Program-made: the position numbers and the translations under genes
In this document: one piece after another, positions 1-7,347 of the stretch
Position numbering within the stretch: the stretch's first letter is position 1
Layout of the letters: every line of letters begins with the position of its first letter
IMG/VR virus record: IMGVR_UViG_2703718840_000001
Location: 1-10,940 of that record
Length of the DNA: 10,940 nucleotides
Source of the DNA: a virus
Lineage: Duplodnaviria; Heunggongvirae; Uroviricota; Caudoviricetes
Strand: one strand, 5' to 3'
Notes under the pieces: model-generated
Databases searched by the model: none
What the model saw: the letters and a program-made list of their open reading frames with translations, nothing else
What the model was told of the DNA's origin: nothing

Positions 1-862
1 GGAGCTGGACTTTGAAACCATTCTTGCCGAACGCAAGGCGACACTGATTTCCCTTTACCCGGAAGACCAGCAGGAGGCGGTCGCCCGTACCCTGACGCTG
101 GAATCTGAGCCTCTCGTCAAACTGCTGGAGGAAAATGCTTATCGTGAGCTTATCTGGCGTCAGCGTGTGAATGAGGCCGCACGGGCGGTGATGCTGGCCT
201 GTGCCGCCGGTAATGACCTTGATGTGATTGGTGCCAATTACAACACCACGCGCCTGACTATCACCCCGGCAGATGATTCGACCATCCCGCCGACACCGGT
301 AGTGATGGAGTCTGACACCGATTATCGTCTGCGTATTCAGCAGGCGTTTGAAGGTTTAAGCGTCGCCGGGTCGGTGGGGGCCTATCAGTATCATGGTCGC
401 AGTGCTGACGGGCGTGTCGCGGATATCTCTGTCACCAGTCCGTCTCCTGCCTGCGTCACCATCTCCGTGCTGTCACGTGAAAATAACGGTGTCGCATCCG
501 AAGACCTGCTGGCTGTGGTGCGTAACGCCCTTAATGGTGAGGACGTCAGGCCGGTGGCTGACCGTGTGACCGTGCAGTCTGCCGCCATTGTTGAATACCA
601 GATAAACGCCACGCTTTACCTTTACCCTGGCCCCGAAAGCGAACCCATTCGCGCTGCCGCCGTGAAAAAACTGGAAGCGTACATCACAGCACAGCACCGG
701 CTGGGGCGTGACATCCGTCTGTCTGCCATTTATGCCGCTTTGCATGTGGAAGGTGTGCAGCGTGTCGAACTGGCTGCACCACTGGCCGACATCGTGCTCA
801 ACAGTACGCAGGCGTCTTTCTGTACCGAATACCGCGTCGTGACCGGAGGCTCGGATGAGTGA
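1..862 (+). CDS. J: Baseplate assembly protein J (P2 gpJ-like), 5' end lies upstream of the window
   Basis: Frame beginning at nt 2 is open from the window edge (ELDFETILAERKATLISLYPEDQQEAVARTL...) and runs into the listed ORF 167-862. The protein is recognised as near-identical to phage P2 gpJ, which is about 300 aa, so roughly 15 N-terminal residues are missing. The stop overlaps the start of the next gene (ATGAGTGA at 855-862). Confidence 0.92.
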   Translation, partial: ELDFETILAERKATLISLYPEDQQEAVARTLTLESEPLVKLLEENAYRELIWRQRVNEAARAVMLACAAGNDLDVIGANYNTTRLTITPADDSTIPPTPVVMESDTDYRLRIQQAFEGLSVAGSVGAYQYHGRSADGRVADISVTSPSPACVTISVLSRENNGVASEDLLAVVRNALNGEDVRPVADRVTVQSAAIVEYQINATLYLYPGPESEPIRAAAVKKLEAYITAQHRLGRDIRLSAIYAALHVEGVQRVELAAPLADIVLNSTQASFCTEYRVVTGGSDE

Positions 863-1385
863 TTCGCGACTGCTGCCGACCGGCTCATCACCGCTTGAGG
901 TCGCCGCCGCAAAAGCCTGTGCGGAAATTGAAAAAACGCCGGTCAGGATTCGTGAGCTGTGGAACCCGGACACCTGCCCGGCAAATCTGCTGCCGTGGCT
1001 GGCGTGGGCGTTTTCGGTCGACAGGTGGGATGAAAAGTGGCCGGAAGCGACAAAACGCGCCGTTATCCGCGATGCCTATTTCATCCACTGTCATAAGGGC
1101 ACGATAGGTGCAATCCGGCGTGTGGTGGAGCCGCTCGGCTATCTCATCAACGTGACGGAGTGGTGGGAAAACAGTGACCCGCCCGGCACCTTCCGGCTTG
1201 ATATTGGTGTACTGGAAAGTGGCATCACAGAGGCAATGTATCAGGAAATGGAACGGCTGATTGCTGATGCCAAACCTGCAAGCCGTCACCTTATTGGCCT
1301 GAACATTACCCGGGACATTCCCGGCTACCTGTTCGCCGGTGGTGTGGCTTACGACGGCGATGTAATTACGGTTTACCCCGGATAA
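855..1385 (+). CDS. I: Baseplate assembly protein I (P2 gpI-like)
   Basis: 176-aa ORF (MSDSRLLPTGSSPLEVAAAKACAEIEK...) recognised as P2 gpI. Its ATG overlaps the J stop codon, indicating translational coupling, and it keeps the P2 order J-I-H. Confidence 0.92.
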   Translation: MSDSRLLPTGSSPLEVAAAKACAEIEKTPVRIRELWNPDTCPANLLPWLAWAFSVDRWDEKWPEATKRAVIRDAYFIHCHKGTIGAIRRVVEPLGYLINVTEWWENSDPPGTFRLDIGVLESGITEAMYQEMERLIADAKPASRHLIGLNITRDIPGYLFAGGVAYDGDVITVYPG

Positions 1386-1395
1386 GTGAGGAATA

Positions 1396-3618
1396 ATGAG
1401 CACAAAATTCAGAACCGTTATCACCACTGCCGGTGCAGCAAAGCTGGCAGCGGCAACCGCACCGGGAGGGCGGAAGGTCAACATTACCACGATGGCCGTC
1501 GGGGATGGCGGTGGTAAATTACCTGTCCCGGATGCCGGACAGACCGGGCTTATCCACGAAGTCTGGCGACATGCGCTGAACAAAATCAGTCAGGACAAAC
1601 GAAACAGTAATTATATTATCGCAGAGCTGGTTATTCCGCCGGAGGTGGGCGGTTTCTGGATGCGAGAGCTTGGCCTGTACGATGATGCGGGAACGTTAAT
1701 TGCCGTGGCGAACATGGCCGAAAGTTATAAGCCAGCCCTTGCCGAAGGCTCAGGGCGTTCGCAGACCTGCCGCATGGTCATCATCGTCAGCAGTGTGGCC
1801 TCAGTGGAGCTGACCATTGACACCACAACGGTGATGGCAACGCAGGATTACGTTGATGACAAAATTGCAGAACATGAACAGTCACGACGTCACCCTGACG
1901 CCTCGCTGACCGCAAAAGGTTTTACTCAGTTAAGCAGTGCGACCAACAGCACGTCTGAAACACTGGCCGCAACGCCGAAAGCGGTAAAGGCCGCGTATGA
2001 CCTTGCTAACGGGAAATATACCGCACAGGACGCCACCATAGCGCGAAAAGGCCTTGTCCAGCTCAGTAGTGCCACCAACAGCACGTCTGAAACACTGGCC
2101 GCAACGCCGAAAGCGGTAAAGGCAGCATATGACCTTGCTAACGGGAAATACACTGCACAGGACGCCACCACAACGCGAAAAGGCCTTGTCCAGCTCAGTA
2201 GCGCCACCAACAGCGATTCTGAAACGCTGGCCGCAACGCCAAAGGCGGTAAAAGCAGCATATGACCTTGCTAACGGGAAATATACCGCACAGGACGCCAC
2301 CACAGCGCGGAAAGGCCTTGTCCAGCTCAATAGTGCCATCAACAGCGATTCTGAAACGCTGGCCGCAACACCAAAAGCAGTGAAGTCTGCCTATGACAAT
2401 GCTGAAAAACGTCTTCAGAAAGATCAGAACGGTGCGGATATTCCTGATAAAGGACGTTTTCTGAGTAACATTAATGTTTACAGCAAAGGTGAAGTGGATA
2501 AGAAAAAGGGAATGCGAAAGTATTCGTTTGCAGCCCCTGCAAATGTCGTTGCCGGGAAGTGGTATCCCGTTATCTTTCGCCGTGCTGCCAGCCTTTCAGG
2601 AGAAATGGCATCCCGCGTCGTTATTTCCACTGGTTGTTATAACGGCGATTATGTAATGAATAACTGCGAGTTTAATGGCATGGTTATGCCCGGAGGATGG
2701 ACTGATCGTGGTTCATATGCGGCAGGTTATTTCTGGACGTATCAGACCAATGAGCGTTCAATCCATTCCATTGTTACAAGCCTGAAAGATGATGATGTAT
2801 GTAGTGTTTTTTATGTTGAAGCCAGAGCTTTCCCTGTGCAAATTCTTGCAGAGGAAGGGCTAACGGTTATTGTTCCGACAGAGGATTATGTCGTCGGTCA
2901 AACGACATATAAGTGGGGGGCAACTAATCCCGCTACAGAAAGCACGAACGCACAGGCTATTCTGGATTTTAAAAATGGGCGCGGTTATTACTGCTCACAT
3001 CCATTTATTTCCAACCTTTCAGGAAATGCTGCAACAGCCTCAAAACTCGAAACACCGAGGAAAATAGCAGGTGTTGCCTTTGATGGTTCTGGAGATATTA
3101 CCCTTAATGCCAGAAATGTCGGTGCATTTGCACTTCGGCAGACAGGTAATACGGTTAATGGTGATACAGCCGTGGGATGGAATTGGGACAGTGGCGCATA
3201 CAACGCTCTGATTGGGGGAGCATCTGCATTAATTCTTCACTTTAATATAAATGCTGGTAGCTGCCCGGCTGTACAGTTTCGTGTGAATTATAAAAATGGC
3301 GGTATATCTTACAGGTCAGCCCGTGATGGTTATGGTTTTGAATCTGGCTGGTCTGATTTCTATACCACAACACGAAAACCATCAGCGGGAGATGTTGGTG
3401 CATACACCAAAGCTGAATCAGATTCTCGCTATGTCCGGGATATTCGCCTGGGCACTCGTGTTGTTCAGACCATGCAGAAAGGAGTGATGTATGAGAAAGC
3501 AGGGCACGTAATTACAGGGCTTGGTATTGTCGGTGAAGTCGATGGTGATGACCCCGCAGTATTCAGACCAATACAAAAATACATCAATGGCACATGGTAT
3601 AACGTCGCACAGGTGTAA
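1396..3618 (+). CDS. H: Tail fibre protein H (P2 gpH-like), with internal 44-aa tandem repeats and a divergent distal (receptor-binding) part
   Basis: 740-aa ORF preceded by GAGG (1388-1391). The N-terminal ~170 aa (MSTKFRTVITTAGAAKLAAATAPGGRKV...) and the extreme C-terminus (...YEKAGHVITGLGIVGEVDGDDPAVFRPIQKYINGTWYNVAQV) match P2 gpH as I recall it. The middle and distal part is AT-rich and contains a motif (NAATASKLETPRKIAGVAFDGSGDITLNA) that I recall as typical of side-tail-fibre proteins. Confidence 0.92.
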   Translation: MSTKFRTVITTAGAAKLAAATAPGGRKVNITTMAVGDGGGKLPVPDAGQTGLIHEVWRHALNKISQDKRNSNYIIAELVIPPEVGGFWMRELGLYDDAGTLIAVANMAESYKPALAEGSGRSQTCRMVIIVSSVASVELTIDTTTVMATQDYVDDKIAEHEQSRRHPDASLTAKGFTQLSSATNSTSETLAATPKAVKAAYDLANGKYTAQDATIARKGLVQLSSATNSTSETLAATPKAVKAAYDLANGKYTAQDATTTRKGLVQLSSATNSDSETLAATPKAVKAAYDLANGKYTAQDATTARKGLVQLNSAINSDSETLAATPKAVKSAYDNAEKRLQKDQNGADIPDKGRFLSNINVYSKGEVDKKKGMRKYSFAAPANVVAGKWYPVIFRRAASLSGEMASRVVISTGCYNGDYVMNNCEFNGMVMPGGWTDRGSYAAGYFWTYQTNERSIHSIVTSLKDDDVCSVFYVEARAFPVQILAEEGLTVIVPTEDYVVGQTTYKWGATNPATESTNAQAILDFKNGRGYYCSHPFISNLSGNAATASKLETPRKIAGVAFDGSGDITLNARNVGAFALRQTGNTVNGDTAVGWNWDSGAYNALIGGASALILHFNINAGSCPAVQFRVNYKNGGISYRSARDGYGFESGWSDFYTTTRKPSAGDVGAYTKAESDSRYVRDIRLGTRVVQTMQKGVMYEKAGHVITGLGIVGEVDGDDPAVFRPIQKYINGTWYNVAQV
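1918..2400 (+). repeat. In-frame tandem repeat array, 132-bp unit (44 aa), about 3.6 copies, inside tail-fibre gene H
   Basis: Direct reading: units start at about 1918, 2050, 2182 and 2314 (for example ACGTCTGAAACACTGGCC at 1951 and again at 2083). The peptide GLVQLSSATNS(T/D)SETLAATPKAVKAAYDLANGKYTAQDATTARK recurs. Copies 1-2 share the NSTSETL variant and copies 3-4 the NSDSETL variant. Confidence 0.93.
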
Positions 3619-3621
3619 TTT

Positions 3622-4149
3622 ATGCAGCATTTAAAAAATATTACTGCGGGTAATCCAAAAACTGTTGCCCAATATCAACTGACAAAAAATTTTGATGTTA
3701 TCTGGTTATGGTCCGAAGAGGGAAAAAACTGGTATGAGGAAGTAAGTAATTTTCAGGAAGAGACGATAAAGATTGTTTACGACGAGAATAATATAATTGT
3801 CGGCATCACCCGAGATGCTTCAACGCTTAACCCTGAAGGTTTTAGCGTTGTCGAGGTTCCTGATATTACTGCCAACCGACGTGCTGATGACTCAGGTAAA
3901 TGGATGTTTAAGGATGGTGCCGTGATTAAGCGGATTTATACGGCAGACGAACAGCAGCAACTGGCAGAATCACAAAAGGCAACTTTGCTTTCCGAAGCAG
4001 AATCCGTGATTTTGCCGCTGGAGCGCGCTGTCAGGCTGAATATGGCAACAGATGAGGAACGCAGCCGACTGGAAGCATGGGAACGCTACAGCGTTCTGGT
4101 CAGCCGTGTGGATCCTGCAAATCCTGAATGGCCGGAAATGCCGCAATAA
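3622..4149 (+). CDS. G: Tail fibre assembly protein/chaperone (P2 gpG-like, Tfa family)
   Basis: 175-aa ORF immediately downstream of H with AGGTG at 3611-3615. The C-terminal half (...[38 protein letters not shown]) resembles the conserved end of tail-fibre assembly proteins. Length and position match P2 gene G. Confidence 0.88.
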   Translation: MQHLKNITAGNPKTVAQYQLTKNFDVIWLWSEEGKNWYEEVSNFQEETIKIVYDENNIIVGITRDASTLNPEGFSVVEVPDITANRRADDSGKWMFKDGAVIKRIYTADEQQQLAESQKATLLSEAESVILPLERAVRLNMATDEERSRLEAWERYSVLVSRVDPANPEWPEMPQ

Positions 4150-4185
4150 GTTGTATAAGCTCTGGTGTGAGATTACATATCTATG

Positions 4186-4224
4186 GCACAGAGTAAAGCC
4201 TAATCTGACAGGCCGCTCTGTGTC
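4186..4224 (+). other. Imperfect inverted repeat / possible stem-loop downstream of G
   Basis: CACAGAG (4187-4193) pairs with CTCTGTG (4216-4222), with a ~22-nt loop. No T-tract follows, so it is not a classical intrinsic terminator. Confidence 0.2.
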
Positions 4225-4370
4225 TGGAGTAGATTTTAGTAAAGCATTATTTTATTAGTGCAAATTCTAAACAATACATTTTATGTATATGATATCCTGC
4301 GGACTTTAATGACTTGGTTTAGGCTAACCAGATAACACTGAAGGAATATTTTTGATAATTAAGGTGCGGT

Positions 4371-4964
4371 ATGTTTACTAAGCGACGATTAAAAAATATT
4401 AACTGGGAGGCAAGTTCAGTGATTCTTGCTATGGTTCTCTTTGTTGGAAATATATTTTATACAAATCATCGTGATGATATAAGCATGGAGGCTGAGAGAG
4501 ACAGTATCAGAACAATGTTTGCATATGAAATCGCTAATAACCATCGCGCTCTCACTTTTCTTGATAAAACGAGAAATATTGGCTTTGACGAAAATTCGGA
4601 GCATTTTGTTGGCGAGCCTTTTGCCATTAATGTCGAATCATTAGGAGGGCCTCGCTTACAGATTGCATTAAACCAGACTGATAAAGTTTTTAAAGCCTAC
4701 TTCAGTGAATTAAGTAAACTTGATAAAGAGGATGTTACTCTTCTTATGGACTATTACCATGAGCAAAGCATCCTGCTGGAGTGTGTAAAATCTACGTTAC
4801 AGAAGATGAAAGGTAATAATGATATTAAAGTTGATATTGATGGTTACTTATTAGAAGAACACTTCATGAATGAGTTTAATCTTTCTAATATTTTGCTTAA
4901 ACGCTATAGCCATTTGTTGTCACAACACCTCAAAAAACCCGAAACAAAGGATTTACATAATTGA
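4371..4964 (+). CDS. Hypothetical protein of the accessory insert between G and FI: predicted single-pass membrane-anchored protein, function unknown
   Basis: 197-aa ORF with AAGGTG (4361-4366) 4 nt upstream of the ATG. It is markedly AT-rich compared with the flanking tail genes. The N-terminus has a basic stretch (KRRLK) followed by a ~17-residue hydrophobic segment (SSVILAMVLFVGNIFY), suggesting an N-in signal anchor. The rest is charged and likely helical, with no catalytic motif I recognise. Only one long ORF lies in this ~1.1 kb inter-module region. Confidence 0.7.
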   Translation: MFTKRRLKNINWEASSVILAMVLFVGNIFYTNHRDDISMEAERDSIRTMFAYEIANNHRALTFLDKTRNIGFDENSEHFVGEPFAINVESLGGPRLQIALNQTDKVFKAYFSELSKLDKEDVTLLMDYYHEQSILLECVKSTLQKMKGNNDIKVDIDGYLLEEHFMNEFNLSNILLKRYSHLLSQHLKKPETKDLHN

Positions 4965-5152
4965 TAATCTGCTAATGGTTATTCATGGGATAACTATGTT
5001 TTATATGTAATCCAACTCAGATGAATTACTGATTCTGGATAATAACCGCAGAGCGGCATATACCCTGACAGGCAAATGTCCGCTTCTTGCTCAAAGCAGA
5101 CTGTCAGATTTGATAACTTTTGGGTTATGTAAATTGTCAGTCGGAAAATGAG

Positions 5153-5170
5153 TGTGTACAAATCAGGACA
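5153..5170 (+). promoter_or_regulatory. Candidate activator-type dyad (TGT-N12-ACA) upstream of FI, possible P2-style late promoter element
   Basis: TGT (5153-5155) - 12 nt - ACA (5168-5170). P2-family late promoters are known to carry a TGT-N12-ACA dyad centred near -55 for Ogr/Delta-type activators, and the FI-operon late promoter is expected in this spacer. The match is short, and the hairpin at 5172-5188 sits where the core promoter would be, so this is tentative. Confidence 0.2.
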
Positions 5171-5171
5171 G

Positions 5172-5199
5172 GCGGGCGAATTGCCCGCATTTTCTTTAT
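5172..5199 (+). terminator. Candidate Rho-independent terminator downstream of the accessory ORF
   Basis: GC-rich 6-bp stem GCGGGC (5172-5177) / GCCCGC (5183-5188) with a 5-nt loop (GAATT), followed by the T-rich run ATTTTCTTTATC (5189-5200). It lies about 200 bp after the 4964 stop and about 100 bp before FI. Confidence 0.4.
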
Positions 5200-5293
5200 C
5201 TGTTGTTTCATCCCCTGACCAGCCAGGTCAAATAGCGTCTCATGCTCTGCACAACAGAAAATAGTTGCACCCATTAACCACGGAGTTAAACGG

Positions 5294-6484
5294 ATGAGTG
5301 ACTATCATCACGGCGTGCAGGTGCTGGAGATTAACGACGGCACCCGCGTCATTTCCACCGTATCCACGGCCATTGTCGGCATGGTCTGCACGGCCAGCGA
5401 TGCAGATGCGGAAACCTTCCCCCTCAATAAACCGGTGCTGATTACCAATGTGCAGAGCGCAATTGCAAAGGCCGGTAAAAAAGGCACGCTGGCGGCATCG
5501 TTGCAGGCCATCGCCGACCAGTCAAAACCGGTCACCGTTGTCGTGCGTGTGGAAGACGGCACCGGCGACGACGAAGAAACGAAACTCGCGCAGACCGTTT
5601 CCAATATCATCGGCACCACCGACGAAAACGGCCAGTACACCGGACTGAAAGCCCTGCTGGCGGCGGAGTCGGTAACCGGTGTTAAACCGCGTATTCTCGG
5701 TGTGCCGGGGCTGGATACCAAAGAGGTGGCTGTTGCACTGGCATCAGTCTGTCAGAAGTTGCGCGCTTTCGGGTATATCAGCGCATGGGGCTGTAAGACC
5801 ATTTCCGAGGTGAAAGCCTACCGCCAGAATTTCAGCCAGCGTGAGCTGATGGTCATCTGGCCGGATTTCCTCGCATGGGATACGGTCACCAGTACCACCG
5901 CCACCGCGTATGCCACCGCCCGTGCGCTGGGTCTGCGTGCCAAAATCGACCAGGAGCAGGGCTGGCATAAAACGCTGTCCAACGTCGGGGTAAACGGTGT
6001 TACCGGCATCAGTGCCTCTGTATTCTGGGATTTGCAGGAGTCCGGCACCGATGCTGACCTGCTTAACGAGTCAGGCGTCACTACGCTGATTCGCCGCGAC
6101 GGTTTCCGATTCTGGGGTAACCGTACCTGCTCTGATGACTCGCTGTTCCTCTTTGAAAACTACACCCGCACCGCGCAGGTGCTGGCCGACACGATGGCTG
6201 AGGCGCACATGTGGGCGGTGGACAAGCCCATCACCGCAACGCTGATTCGCGACATCGTTGACGGCATCAATGCCAAATTCCGTGAGCTGAAAACAAACGG
6301 CTATATCGTGGATGCGACCTGCTGGTTCAGCGAAGAATCCAACGATGCGGAAACCCTCAAGGCCGGAAAACTGTATATCGACTACGACTATACACCGGTG
6401 CCTCCTCTTGAAAATCTGACCCTGCGCCAGCGTATTACCGATAAATACCTGGCAAATCTGGTCACCTCGGTTAACAGCAATTAA
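5294..6484 (+). CDS. FI: Contractile tail sheath protein (P2 gpFI-like)
   Basis: 396-aa ORF (MSDYHHGVQVLEINDGTRVISTVSTAIVGMV...) recognised as P2 FI. GGAG at 5282-5285. It is the first gene after the accessory insert, as in the P2 FETUD operon. Confidence 0.94.
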   Translation: MSDYHHGVQVLEINDGTRVISTVSTAIVGMVCTASDADAETFPLNKPVLITNVQSAIAKAGKKGTLAASLQAIADQSKPVTVVVRVEDGTGDDEETKLAQTVSNIIGTTDENGQYTGLKALLAAESVTGVKPRILGVPGLDTKEVAVALASVCQKLRAFGYISAWGCKTISEVKAYRQNFSQRELMVIWPDFLAWDTVTSTTATAYATARALGLRAKIDQEQGWHKTLSNVGVNGVTGISASVFWDLQESGTDADLLNESGVTTLIRRDGFRFWGNRTCSDDSLFLFENYTRTAQVLADTMAEAHMWAVDKPITATLIRDIVDGINAKFRELKTNGYIVDATCWFSEESNDAETLKAGKLYIDYDYTPVPPLENLTLRQRITDKYLANLVTSVNSN

Positions 6485-6496
6485 GGAGCCTGACCG

Positions 6497-7015
6497 ATGG
6501 CAATGCCGCGCAAACTCAAGTTAATGAACGTCTTTCTGAACGGCTACAGCTATCAGGGCGTCGCGAAGTCCGTCACGCTACCAAAACTGACCCGTAAGCT
6601 CGAAAACTATCGCGGTGCGGGGATGAACGGCAGCGCACCGGTAGACCTCGGCCTTGATGACGATGCGCTGTCAATGGAGTGGTCGCTCGGTGGCTTCCCG
6701 GATTCGGTTATCTGGGAGCTTTACGCCGCAACCGGTGTGGATGCCGTACCGATTCGTTTTGCAGGCTCTTACCAGCGCGACGATACCGGCGAAACGGTGG
6801 CCGTCGAGGTGGTCATGCGTGGACGTCAGAAAGAAATCGACACCGGCGAGGGCAAACAGGGAGAAGACACCGAGTCGAAAATCTCCGTGGTCTGCACCTA
6901 TTTCCGGCTGACGATGGACGGTAAGGAGCTGGTCGAAATCGACACCATCAACATGATTGAGAAGGTGAACGGCGTCGACCGGCTGGAGCAACACCGTCGC
7001 AATATCGGCCTGTGA
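6497..7015 (+). CDS. FII: Tail tube protein (P2 gpFII-like)
   Basis: 172-aa ORF (MAMPRKLKLMNVFLNGYSYQGVAKSVTLPKLTRKLENYRGAG...) recognised as P2 FII. AAGGAG at 6482-6487 overlaps the FI stop codon. Confidence 0.94.
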   Translation: MAMPRKLKLMNVFLNGYSYQGVAKSVTLPKLTRKLENYRGAGMNGSAPVDLGLDDDALSMEWSLGGFPDSVIWELYAATGVDAVPIRFAGSYQRDDTGETVAVEVVMRGRQKEIDTGEGKQGEDTESKISVVCTYFRLTMDGKELVEIDTINMIEKVNGVDRLEQHRRNIGL

Positions 7016-7071
7016 TTTTCATCCGGTCAGCCTGGCTGACCGGTTAACCCCGATTCAGAAGTGAGAAAACC

Positions 7072-7347
7072 ATGAACAAAGAAAACGTCATTACCCTGGA
7101 CAAGCCGGTCAAACGTGGTGAGCAGGTTATCGAACAGGTCACGCTGATGAAACCTAATGCCGGGACGCTGCGCGGTGTCAGTCTGGCTGCGGTCGCAAAC
7201 TCCGAAGTCGATGCACTGATTAAAGTGCTGCCGCGCATGACCGCACCGATGCTGACCGAGCAGGAAGTCGCCGCGCTGGAACTGCCTGACCTTGTGGCGC
7301 TGGCCGGTAAGGTGGTCGGTTTTTTGTCGCCGAACTCGGTGCAGTGA
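7072..7347 (+). CDS. E: Tail assembly chaperone E (P2 gpE-like), zero-frame product
   Basis: 91-aa ORF (MNKENVITLDKPVKRGEQVIEQVTLMKPNAGTLRGVSLAAV...) at the expected position between FII and T. It ends at TGA 7345-7347, just after the slippery site. Confidence 0.9.
   Translation: MNKENVITLDKPVKRGEQVIEQVTLMKPNAGTLRGVSLAAVANSEVDALIKVLPRMTAPMLTEQEVAALELPDLVALAGKVVGFLSPNSVQ

Noticed and set aside
473-1583. Minus-strand ORFs 473-973, 730-912 and 888-1583, and the + strand alternate-frame ORF 859-1107
   Set aside because: They lie entirely antisense to, or out of frame with, the recognisable J and I genes. They are typical spurious ORFs in GC-rich coding DNA and have no ribosome-binding context.
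1926-2342. Minus-strand 138-aa ORF with an internally repetitive translation
   Set aside because: It is the antisense reading of the 132-bp tandem repeats inside tail-fibre gene H, so the repetition is an artefact of the sense-strand repeats.
1918-2400. Possibility that the repeats are a CRISPR array or a DGR template/variable repeat pair
   Set aside because: The units are directly abutting with no spacers, are in frame within a coding sequence, and are 132 bp long. No reverse transcriptase or cas gene is present in the window.
4052-4258. 68-aa + strand ORF overlapping the end of G
   Set aside because: Most of it overlaps G in another frame and it has no ribosome-binding site; it is likely spurious. 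Only its last ~35 codons lie in the intergenic region.
4300-4345. Sigma70-type promoter for the accessory gene (for example ATGACT at 4309-4314 with GATAAC at 4331-4336)
   Set aside because: The hexamers are only weak matches and AT-rich DNA yields many such pairs by chance. It is not reported as a feature; transcript 5'-end mapping would be needed.
2400-4370. Possibility of an invertible host-range segment (Mu G-segment or P1 C-segment type)
   Set aside because: There is no second, oppositely oriented fibre-tip/chaperone gene set, no flanking long inverted repeats, and no invertase (gin/cin-like) gene.
4416-4604. 62-aa minus-strand ORF inside the accessory gene
   Set aside because: It is antisense to the better-supported 197-aa ORF, in AT-rich DNA where stop-free stretches of this length arise by chance, and it has no start context.
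5308-6081. Minus-strand and alternate-frame ORFs within FI (5308-5721, 5448-5648, 5744-5968, 5818-6081)
   Set aside because: They are embedded in the confidently identified tail sheath gene and are artefacts of GC-rich coding sequence.
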